Notes under the pieces: generated by a model | What the model was told of the DNA's origin: nothing | Databases searched by the model: none | The model's input: only the letters and a program-made list of their open reading frames with translations | Origin: Felis catus | Lineage: Eukaryota | Length of the DNA: 64,000 nucleotides | Assembly (NCBI RefSeq): GCF_018350175.1 | Contig: NC_058368.1 | Span: 163,620,001 to 163,684,000, forward strand | Reading direction: 5' to 3' | Translations under genes and position numbers: made by a program | Part shown: positions 49,442 through 60,098 of the stretch, piece by piece | Layout: each line of letters opens with the position of its first letter | Position numbering within the stretch: position 1 is the first letter of the stretch

Positions 49442-49635
49442 GGGTAACCTGGGTGTCTGAGTTGGTTAAGTGTCTGACTCTTGATTTTGGCTCAGGTCAT
49501 GACCTCACAGTTGGTGAGTTCGAGTCTCTTACCAGGTTCTGTGTTGACAGTGTGGAGCCTGCTTGGGATTCTCTCTCTCCCTTCTCTCTCTGCCCCTACC
49601 CTGCTTGCTCCCTCTCTCAAAATAGATAAATAAAA
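49442..49635 (+). mobile_element. CanSINE
   Basis: Diverged head, body, (CT)n, A-tail. Confidence 0.88.
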
Positions 49636-49872
49636 ACCTATATAAAATTTAAAAAAATTTAAGTCTTAACCCTGGAATTTATCCTATTTGAAGCATTTGT
49701 CCCCTGTAAGTTGCCATAAATTTAGATGCATAAAATGTACAAATATGGTCACTGTAGCATTATTTATAACAGTAAAAATATTGGAAAGATTCTATGTAAT
49801 AGGAAAATGTTTAAGTACATTAGACTAGACTCGTATGTTGGAATATTGTGCAGCCACTAAAAATGGAGTTTT

Positions 49873-50653
49873 CCTTGGATAAATACCTAGTGGTGCAATT
49901 ATTGGATCCTTGGGTAGTTCTACTTTTAGTTTTTTGAGGAACCTCCATACTGTTTTCCAGAGTGGTTTCACCAGCTTGCATTCCCACCAACGATGCAAAA
50001 GAGATCCTCTTTCTCCACATTCTCGCCAACATCTGTTGTTACCTGAGTTGTTAATGTTAGCCATTCCAAAAGGTGTAAGGTGGTATCTCATTGTGGTTTT
50101 GATTGGTATTTCCCTGATGATGAGTGATGTACAGGTGTGCTGTTTCGAAGGGACACATGCACCCCAATGTTTATAGCAGCACTATCAACAATAGTATGTA
50201 AAGAGCCCGAATGTCCTGAATGTCCATCGATGGATGAATGGATAAGGAAGAGGTGGTATATATATATATATACATAGGAGTATTACTCGGCAATTAAAAA
50301 GAATGAAATCTTGCCATTCGCAGCTATGTGGATGGAACTGGAGGGTATTATGCTAAGTGAAATTAGTCAGAGAAAGACAAATATCATATGACTTGACTTA
50401 TATTAGGACTTTACTAGACAAAACAGATGAACATAAGGGAAGGGAAACAAAAATAATATAAAAACAGGGAGGGTGACAAAACATAAGAGACTCATAAATA
50501 TGGAGAACAAACAGAGGGTTACTGGAGGGGGTGTGGGGGGGATGGGCTAAATGGGTAAGGGGCACTAAGGAATGTATTCCTGAAATCATTGTTGCATTAT
50601 ATTCTAACTAATTTGGATGTAAATTAAAAAAAAACAAAATAAAAAACAAGGAA
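49873..50653 (+). mobile_element. Carnivore L1, 5'-truncated with a 5' inversion (49873-~50130 inverted), inside an older L1M relic
   Basis: Minus-strand ORF2 peptide [27 protein letters not shown]; plus-strand continuation, 3'UTR and A-tail; TSD aaaaatggagtttt. Confidence 0.92.
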
Positions 50654-50854
50654 AAAAATGGAGTTTTTGAGCAATAGCTTATAATTTCAGAAAACTCTTA
50701 GAGTTTTATATAAGGATGAAAATTAAAATTGTAGAGACAGTATCTACCCAAATTATAAAAATAACAAAATATGTTTACATTAAAATTATTAGCAAGAAAT
50801 ATACAAATATATAACGGCTTATTTTGGGGTATTGGAATTTTGAATGATTCCTTT

Positions 50855-52830
50855 TTTCATTCATTCATTCATTTATGTAAAGTCTTTATTGAGAAACTAA
50901 CATGATAGGTACTATACCAGAGCTGTACAATTAATGATAAACAAACTTAAATAACCTCTGTCATCATTGGAAGCATAATCTATTGAAGAAGACATAGGTT
51001 AATTTAAAAAAAAAACATGCAAATAAATGTAAAATTGCAACTGTGATAAATGCTAAGAAGGAAGGTGACCATGAGAGCACACAGTAGGGGACTTAGCATA
51101 ATGTGGGGTTTAGTTCACTAAAGTGCTGACAAGTATACTAAAATTGGACAGGTGGGTAGATTTAAGCAGATACACAGGGGAGGAGGATTGGGAGAACATT
51201 CCTTTGCCAAGGAATACCACTGCAAGGTCCCTGTAGTAGAATGGAGCCTGGTGAGTTTATTTTTTTTATTTATTATTTTTTTTATTATGAAATTTATTGT
51301 CAAATTGGTTTCCACACAACACCCAGTGCTCATCCCAAAAGGTGCCCTCCTCACTCCCATCCCCCATAAACCCTTAGTTTGTTCTCAGTTTTCAGGAGTC
51401 TCTTATGTTTTGGCTCCCTCCCTCTCTAACCATTTTTTTTTCTTCCCCTCCTCCACGTTAAGTTTCTCAGGATCCACATAGGAGTGAAAACATATGGAGT
51501 CTGTCCTTCTCTGTGTGACTTATTTCACTTAGCATAACACTCTCCAGTTCCATCCACGTTGCTACAAAGGGCCATATTTCATTCTTTCTCATTGCCACGT
51601 AGTACTCCATTGTGTATATAAACCACAATTTCTTTATCCATTCATCAGTTGATGGACATTTAGGCTCTTTCCGTAATTTGGCTATTGTTGAGAGTGCTGC
51701 TATAAACATTGGGGTACAAGTGCTACTATGCATCAGTACTCCTGTATCCCTTGGGTAAATTCCTAGCAGTGCTACTGCTGGGTCATAGGTTAGGTCTATT
51801 TTTAATTTTTTGAGGAACCTCCACACTGTTTTTCAGAGTGGCTGCACCAGTTTGCATTGCCACCAACAGTGCAAGAGGGTTCCCGTTTCTCTACCTCCTC
51901 TCCAGCATCTATAGTCTTCTGTTTTGTTCATTTTAGCCATGCCCGGTGAGTTTAAAGAAGTGAAAGAGGGCTGAATATAGTGGTGTGTGAAGAAGAGTTA
52001 TGGATCATAATATAAAATTTGTGTTTTTAAAATTTGACTCTTTTCTGCACCGTATAAAAGAGATTGGAAGGAGAAGCAGAACCAGGGAGCCAGCTGGGGG
52101 ATTATAGTGCAATTAAGTGATCATGGTACATGGAATTAAGAAGATGAAGTTGGAGATAGTTAAGTGGATGGAATCAAGACATATTTAGGTACAATAAATT
52201 TCATATATTGAAAAAAAAAGATATATTTAGGAGGTAACAATGAAATGGGCTTGAGGATGGATTAAAAATGGGGGTGAGGGGTCAGGGAAAACTGAAGAAG
52301 AGTCCTAAGTTTCTAACTTGAGCAACTGGTAGGCAGCTGGTGGCAATAAGTACTTGGGAAGAGGATTAGACTTGAGGAGGAGACAATGTGTATGGTTTGA
52401 CACATGTTACTATGAGATGCCTTTGAGACATTCAAGTGGAGATAATAGGCAGTTGGATATATGGGTCGTAAACTCAGAAAAGTTTGAGTTCATTCACCCT
52501 CTTATCCCAAGTGACTGGCATATTCTAGGCATTTAGTAAATACTTACAGAATGAGTGAATAAATGAATGGACTGAAGAAGTCAATTTGGGAAATTTCTAA
52601 GAGCATAGATTGAGAAGAAAAATTCCATTTAATGACTTTGAAGAAGGATAAAGAACACAGAGAAGTAGAGAGGTTGTAAGAAAACTAGGTGTAATTCTGT
52701 CCTGAAAACCAGGAAGGAGAGGTCAGCTATGGCAAAACTGCTGATAAATCACATACGGTTAGGTTCCAAAATCCTTTGGGTTTAGTTACTGAAAGCCATT
52801 AGTGACCTTAGCAAGAGTTATTTTGGAAAA
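50855..52830 (-). mobile_element. Fragmented L2 hosting the L1 above
   Basis: cattcattcattcattt end, tgcaaggtccctg, gagatgcctttgagacattcaagtggag...ggcagttggatatatg. Confidence 0.7.
51260..51940 (-). mobile_element. Felid-type L1 3' fragment (ORF2 C-terminus + 3'UTR)
   Basis: [24 protein letters not shown]...KEPKCPSTDEWIKKLWFIYTMEYY; TSD gcc(t/c)ggtgagttta. Confidence 0.95.
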
Positions 52831-52889
52831 TAGTGAGTGAGATGTTACGGAAGAAGAGGATGGAGGTGGTATCTAAATTGAGATGGAAG

Positions 52890-53109
52890 GGGGGTGCCTG
52901 GGTGGCTCAGTCGGTTGAGCGTCTGACTTTGGCTCAGATCATGATCTCACAGCCGGTGAGTTCAAGCCCCGCGTCAGGCTCTGTACTGACAGCTCAGAGC
53001 CTGGAGCCTACTTCTGCTTCTGTGTCTCCCTCTCTCTCTGCCCCTAACCCACTCACATTCTGTCTCTGTCTCTGTCAAAAATAAATAAACAACAACAAAA
53101 AAATATAAG
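52890..53109 (+). mobile_element. CanSINE
   Basis: TSD taaattgagatggaaggg. Confidence 0.95.
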
Positions 53110-53583
53110 TAAATTGAGATGGAAGGGCCAAGGTAAGTTATTGATTGATTAATTGATTACCAGGAATTTGACTTTGGTTAAAGTCCACTGGGAAAGATGG
53201 ATTCAGATTATATATGCATGTGTATGTATGAGATTTGAAAATACAAGAAAGATATGAAATAATGTATTATATAAATTTCCTATGAAGGTCAGAGGAGATA
53301 AAATTCAATGCTATCATAATCCTAAAGGAATATATTTTTTTGGATAATAAATAAAAGCCAAAGGAGAGAGTTCATTCTGAAAGAGGAGAGGGGTAGTTTC
53401 TTTTTCTAACAGGTGAATGGGAAGGGTACAGAAGTAAGTTGACATGTTGAGTGAGACAGTCTCTGTTCCTTCTGTGAAATAGAAATCCTTCCACATCATC
53501 TCCTGAAGGAAGGAGGAAGAAGAATTGAGAGTGGAAAAGTTGGAGGTTTGAGAAAAATGAAGGCACTATGAGTAGTCATTTTA

Positions 53584-53710
53584 TTGTTTTAATTTTTATT
53601 TCTTTTAAGATTTTATTTTTAACTAATTTGTACAGTCAACATGGGGCTCGAATTTATAACCCCAAGATTAAGAGTCGCATGTTCAACTGACTGAGCCAGC
53701 CAGGTGTCCC
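53584..53710 (-). mobile_element. Short tRNA-Lys(CTT)-like SINE without the (CT)n body
   Basis: Reverse complement ggctggctcagtcagttgaacatgcgactcttaatcttggggttataaattcgagccccatgttg + A-tail; TSD gtagtcatttta. Confidence 0.82.
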
Positions 53711-54184
53711 TAGGTAGTCATTTTAGAGATTAAGAATGAGGGGGTCTGAGAAATATCATAGGCATGTCAGGTAGAGGTGACCACCTGTTTGAGGTTGGTA
53801 CTATTAGTTCACAGTGGTAGTAGTCAGCCCTGGTGGTCGACTTTATGAGGCAGTGCTCAGCCACTCAGGTTGGGAATGGAGAAAGAAAGTAGCTGGGTCC
53901 ATCCAGAGGTGGGATATTGCCACACCAGTGAGATACGAAGACAGTGGAGCAAGAGAGTGCAGAATATTGAAGAATTTTTCTGCAATGAGGGGCCATGAAA
54001 GGTAAGCTGGAAATGTGAGGAAAAGAGAAGGATTCTAATGTGTTGTTGATGGATTGACACTACAGGGATCCATGGACTCGTGTTTCCAAAGAGGTTGAAG
54101 AGCGATCATAAGCAAGCTTGAAGTGTAGTTTTTGTCAAAGGATGGAATTCTTGAATAAGTAATATTACATATGAAGGACTGTAT

Positions 54185-54993
54185 GTAGTCCTTCCCAACC
54201 CCATTCGTGGTTTCGCTTTCTGTAGTTTCAAGTTACCTTCAGCATCTGCAATCTAGAGGCAGATGATTCTTTTATGATGAATGTTGGAATGTCAATAGCA
54301 GCCTAAGAATATATCACAGGTCTACGGTGTTCACCTGACTTCATTTACTCATGGAGACATTTTATCATTTCACATCATCACAAGAAGGATGAACATAGTA
54401 TAATAAGATATTTAAAACATTTTTTCGGAGTATAGTTGACACATAACAGTTTGACACATATGCAAAGTTTCAGGTGTACAACATAGTGACTCAACTTTCT
54501 CTATACATTATGCTTTGCTCACCACAACTGTAGCTACCATCTGTCACCATACAACACTATTACAGTATTGTTGACTATATTCCTTATGCTATGCCTTTTA
54601 TTTACATGATTTACTCATTCCATAACTGGAAGCCTATAACTCTCACTCCCTTGTACCCATTTTGCCCATTCCCTAACTCTCCTGCCTTTCCTCTGGCAAC
54701 CGTCAGTGTTCTGTGTATTTGTAGGGCTACAAGAAGGTATTTGCAGAGAGAGAGGGAGAGAGAGAGACCACATTCACATACCTTTTATTGCAGTATATTG
54801 TTATACTTGTTCTTTTTTATTATCAGTTATTGTTATTAATCTCACTTTATGCCTTTAATTTAAACTTTCTCATATGTAAGTATGTATAGGAAAAAAATGC
54901 AGTATAAAGAGTAAGATACTATCTTCAGGTTCAGGCATCCACTGGGTGTTTTCAAATGTATCCCTCATGGATAAAGAGGGGAGGGGACTACTG
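54185..54993 (+). mobile_element. MER44/Tigger7-type DNA transposon interrupted by an L1 3' end (about 54414-54727, minus)
   Basis: Ends gtagtcc...ggggactactg+TA; internal gagagaccacattcacata and ttcaggcatccactggg; insert has tttcaggtgtacaacatagtga. Confidence 0.82.
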
Positions 54994-55959
54994 TATTTTA
55001 AAACATTGAACAAATTTAACTCATAAATTAGTATATGTTCTTCTCAATCAATGGTGTCAAATATTTTTATTATGAGAAACTCTTTATACTAATGGTTTTT
55101 GAAGATCCCCACACTCATATTGTAGTAATATGGTTTAGTAGCTATTGATTTAGAAGACACTTTTGAAACATACTGGGCCATATGTAAATCTAATGAAGAG
55201 AGTATTTGTAACAGACATAAATTTGAGGATATGTGTGTTTGAGGGGTATATATGTAGGTGGATATAATAATTTTATAATTCTAAACAAATTGGCTAGGGT
55301 TTGGGAAAAGTAGCCATTGAACTCCAATACCCAGGATGAAGAATAGCTGGGTCATAGTCGTTCGGTGATCAATTTTGAAAGGATTTATGGGGAAAACAAC
55401 ACTTGAGGAGTTTGGAAATTTGGGGCAAAGAATGGCTTGGTGGTTTTGAGGGAGAAGCATATTATAGGTCCTTGGACTTTGAGTGAAAAAGGTTTAGTGG
55501 TGGGCATAGGGTGATGAATAGACTGGGTGTGCACAGGTTATATCTCAGATGAAGTTGAGGTGCAACAAGTCATTCAAAGGGAAAGAAAGTAAGACTGTAA
55601 ACTCCCTGACTCCATTTTCCTTTTTATGTTTCTGACCAAGTCAGAATTAGTTGACCTTAATTCCCAATATTGATTTGGCTTCTGTGAGGTGATTATTTAT
55701 TTTGTGCCATGATCCTATGCACTCTTGTGTATGTTAGCTATTTTCTAATTCACGTTATAAAATAAAGAATTGTGCTCCAGGTGTGAAAGCAGTTAGGAAA
55801 TCCAGAAGGTGGTTGCATATCATCCGTGCTTTGTGAATGTGGAAGAAAAGGAAAGAAAACTGTCTAACAGCAGCATAAGAATTTGTCCTTACGCAGCTAA
55901 TATAAAACAGTTTCAGGCATAGCTATGTGGAGATGTGACTTATAATTCAGTATACAGGC

Positions 55960-56175
55960 TATACAACATACTAGTTTAAAATAGGGGATCCGGAGTAAGA
56001 ATGTTTTGGTTCATATCCAGTATCTACCCCTTAACAGCTGTGACCTTGAACAAGCTACTGAACCTCAGTACATCTCACTTCTACAATATGGAGTTGTTTG
56101 AGGATTCAGTGAGATAATCCACTTAGAATAATGCCTACAACTTAGAATTCAACTAATGTTAGTTGTCTTTATTAT
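55960..56175 (+). mobile_element. MIR
   Basis: agctgtgaccttgaacaagctact...gttgtttgaggattcagtgagataat. Confidence 0.7.
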
Positions 56176-58213
56176 TCTTTCTCATTAGTGAAATATTACC
56201 AGTGGTATTCTATACTGCACAATATGAGTGTTAGCTTTTTTATTTGCACAAAACTCCTTACTGGTTCATTAGCATGAATTCTTGATAACGCTAACCAGTT
56301 ATTAATACACATTAAATCATTGTGAGTGGATGAAAATCTGATTTTGGGCATTCACCTAGTACATGAAGTAAATCTGTTCATTAATATTTTCAAGTTTTTC
56401 TGATCTAATGTTTAGCTAGAATGATCAGAATCAGAACATATTAGAAAAAGCATGGGACAGCAGGCTCCCTTCCACATGTTGCTAAGCATGGAACTCCCCA
56501 GCCATTGGGAATTTTGACTTCTGATGATCTCTGAAGACAGAAAAAAAAAACCAGCAACTATTTTTTCCATGCCATTTATGGTGAAGCCATTATACCACAA
56601 GCAACAATGATTACTCTGAAATGAGTGATAACACAATGGCCTTACAAAATTAAGGAAATGACATTTTTTTTTTTTAAGGCGGTAGGTGAATTACAGTCAA
56701 TATTCTTGATCAGGTTTGAGGCAGTTTCCAAAGTATTACAATATAGAGAGGCAAATATTGATTGGAACAGAGAATGGAGCTTCAGGAAGTTCTGCAGGGA
56801 TTAGTTTGAATGCTTTATATTTGTACAGTGTAATAAGTATCATTGACAGTAATTGGCAATCAATATATTCTGTACACTATACCCCAATTGATGAGGCATC
56901 TAACAATGAAATGTCTACATATATAAGTGCAAAATATCTTCAATTAACATTAATATCCTTTCAGGCTATTTATACTTTATGCAGTGTGTAATATAGTACG
57001 ATTTGTATGAATCATTAGTTAATTGTACTGCTTGTATTAGTCATTAATTGATCATTAGCTACTCCCAAACAATAGAATGTTAAAATTCTCCTTGAACAGT
57101 TTGAAAATCTATTATAGATGCATTTCTGAAGTTCATAAAACTCAGGTAGCTTTCTTTATGTCAGATTGTTTATCAGTGGCCACAGATACAGCAGTTTTCT
57201 ATGCAATTACAGCATTACAGAGTCCTACATCCATTCAAATGCAGTTCTCTTTTATGTCAAATCCTCCCAGAGACATTGTGCTTTGAGAACGTTGGTGTGA
57301 ATGACTTAGAACATGATAGAAGAATATGGAACAGATCATAGTTTTGGTGAACAAGACCTTTGTAGTGGTTTTTACTGATTACTTTCATTTGCTAAGTTGC
57401 TTGTTGGAACATTTCTTATACTGAGCCAACGATGGAGAAATAACGACACATTTATCATACGCAAAGGTTTATACAACCAACTAAATTAACTGTACAGATT
57501 GGGGAACAAAGATCACAGAGTTAGTAAAAATCCTTAGGTGATCCTTAAGTCTCATAAGTGTTTCAGCTTATTCCTCTTCCAAATTTTCTGCAGAGCTACA
57601 AAGATAAAACAAAAGGGCTTACTTCTATAACATCATGACCTTTCTCTCTCTATATTGATGAAGAAGGTAATAAGCAGTGAAATAGAGAATAAGTAGGCAA
57701 GTCAAGGGGGAAAAGGGGGCTTAAAATAATCTGCTAGCATGTTACATTTAGTATAATCATAAACTGACTGCTTTTGGATAATCTCTTTCCAAATTAAATG
57801 AGGGCAATGTGTCTAATTTTTATTTCTGAAAACACTATAAACACCCCCCTCACTCCTCATAATGCACATAATACATGCCCTTCCAAAGTGGCTTGATTAC
57901 CTTCCACTGAATTGTTCCATTAGTAAAGAAGCTTTCATTGCTCTTGGGCAAGAGGGGCAGACATGATGAGAGGATGTGGTCTGCTACTTAGTTACAAAGT
58001 ACAGCTGTGCCTTTGTTTCTTGCATACACACTGAACAAAGAATACTACAACAGACATTCCTGCCTAAACAGATTTAGATTCAGGAAATATCAGGCCAAAA
58101 CACAGGGAAAAGGGAAGAAATGGTTACTAGCAAATGTACTAGACCGTTCCCTTCAAAGTCAGTTATTAAAATCTGGGTTAGTGTAAGTCAGAGATGGAGA
58201 TTCTTTCTTCTTT

Positions 58214-58441
58214 TTCCTTCCTTCCTTCCTTCCTTCCTTCCTTCCTTCCTTCCTTCCTTCCTTCCTTCCTTCCTTCCTTCCTTCCTTCCTTCCTTCCTTC
58301 CTTCCTTCCTTCCTTCCTTCCTTCCTTCCTTCCTTCCTTCCTTCCTTCCTTCCTTCCTTCCTTCCTTCCTTCCTTCCTTCCTTCCTTCCTTCCTTCCTTC
58401 CTTCCTTCCTTCCTTCCTTCCTTCCTTCCTTCCTTCCTTCC
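58214..58441. repeat. Perfect (TTCC)~57 microsatellite
   Basis: About 228 nt uninterrupted. Confidence 0.98.
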
Positions 58442-58519
58442 TGTTTATTATGAGAGAGAGAATCCCAAGCAGACTCTGCACTGTCAGTACAGAGTCCAAT
58501 GGAGGGCTCAGAACTCAAA
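58442..58519 (-). mobile_element. 5'-truncated CanSINE
   Basis: gagagagagaatcccaagcagactctgcactgtcagtacagag. Confidence 0.8.
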
Positions 58520-58626
58520 TTCTGATGGTTGGGGATATCCGCCCCCTCCCGCCCCGAATATCTTTTCAATCTGCTTTAGGAGGAGAGAAGAAATGAATGC
58601 AAGCAGAGTCAGGGGGAAGGAAAGTT

Positions 58627-58676
58627 AGGAGGAGGAGGAGGAGGAGGAGGAGGAGGAGGAGGAGGGGGAGGAGGAG
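58627..58676. repeat. (AGG)n trinucleotide repeat
   Basis: About 13 perfect units plus a degenerate tail. Confidence 0.95.
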
Positions 58677-59335
58677 AGGGCTAGGGAGAAACAGAATGAC
58701 ATCCCTAGCAGAGTTTGGGCTTTTTCCTATGGGGTTCTCCTTGATCACGAGAGGAGTCTGGGTTCCATAGCTAACAGCATGTCTCTGGAGGCCCTTGTGA
58801 TTTTTTGCACCATCTGTAAATGAACTGAGGAGTAGCTGAAATGTTACTGGATGGCATCACAAACTGGCGAAGAACAACTTTTCGACCAAACTTCTCAGGG
58901 ATAAAATCAATGTTTTCAACTCTTAACTGAAAAGTCCTGCAGGAACTCAAATCCATGGTTCACACTTAACCACAAAACCTCCTTTGGACACATCATAACC
59001 TCTTTTCCTTAGATGATAACTTTTTAAATAAGCAAGTAGAAAAGGGAAGGACAGCCTCACTTGTTGTTAGCTGGGATGCATCCAAGGTGACGCTGCTTCA
59101 GTAACTGCAACAGCCAGAGAACTTACTGCTTTTTTGATTGTGGGACTCTGTTAGGTCCTCAGAGGTGTATCCAAAAGAAATCAATGTCCACTGGCTTTAG
59201 AGGAAATGTTTTTAATGGACGTGTTGTTGCCCTAGTCTCCCTGGGATGCCTGATCAGTGTCTCTGCACATTGATAGAGGCACTGTGACTTCTGCAGCCTG
59301 TTTCTGAGCAAACCATCCCAGGGGCTCAGATTCTT

Positions 59336-59371
59336 TTTTTTTTTTTAAATTTATTGTCAAATTGGCTAACA
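59336..59371 (-). mobile_element. Ultra-short L1 3'-end insertion
   Basis: Poly(T)+aaatttattgtcaaattggctaaca flanked by ccaggggctcagattctt/ccagaggctcaaattctt. Confidence 0.8.
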
Positions 59372-59680
59372 CCAGAGGCTCAAATTCTTACAGAGGTCAG
59401 ATAGATAGTATAAATGTGTTGAACAATTAGATGTATGACAGTAAGCAATGCGGGGACTGTGTGAAATTGGAAAATGTCTCTCACCACAAGGAGGTAGCTG
59501 CTATTTGTCCCAGTCAGCGCCCTGAGAGAACCAGAACCCTGTGTTGTGGGAACATCTCTTAAGGTTTCTTTGCATATCTAGTATAAGAAACAGACTAAGT
59601 TGGGGTTACATATAGTTAGGCTTGTGAATGGGTCATCCTGAAAAAAAAAAAAAGGGTTAGAGAATCTCTCAGGGAGGCTG

Positions 59681-60098
59681 GTACTAAAATCTCTCAGGGA
59701 GGCTGCTATAACAAAATCTCACAGGCTGCGTGTTTTCACAAGCAGAAACTTACTTTCTCACAGCTTTGGAGGCTATACGCCCAATATCCAGGTGTCGGCA
59801 AGTTTGGTTTCTTTGAGACCTCTCTCCTTGGCTTGTAGACGGTCCCCTCACTGTGTCCTCACATGGTCTTTTCTCTGCTCTAGCATCCCTGGAGCTCAGA
59901 CTTCTCTTTGTGTGCCCAAATTTCCTCTTCTAAAGACATCATTGTGATTGGATCAGGTCCCACCCTGGTGGTCTCATTTTAACTCAATTACCTCTTTAAG
60001 GACTGTATCTCCAAAGATAGCCACACGCTGAGGTACTGGGGGCTAGGATTTCAATATATGAATTTGAAGTTGGGGAGACACAATTCCAGCCCATAACA
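59681..60098 (-). mobile_element. MaLR solo LTR (MLT1B/C-like)
   Basis: ggctgctataacaaa...tctcacagctttggaggcta...gaggtactgggggctagg...cagcccataaca. Confidence 0.87.

Noticed and set aside
49820..51826. ORFs resembling L1 ORF2 protein
   Set aside because: Short C-terminal fragments of truncated L1s with no endonuclease or RT domain; inactive
1428..53084. Recurrent ORFs with GAWVAQSVK...SGSVLTAQSLEP that look like a protein family
   Set aside because: Open frames within CanSINE copies, not genes
53584..53710. Functional tRNA-Lys gene
   Set aside because: Mutated stems and B-box, an A-tail and a TSD indicate a retroposed copy
58120..58628. Long ORFs with PSFL/KEGR repeats
   Set aside because: Translations of the (TTCC)n microsatellite
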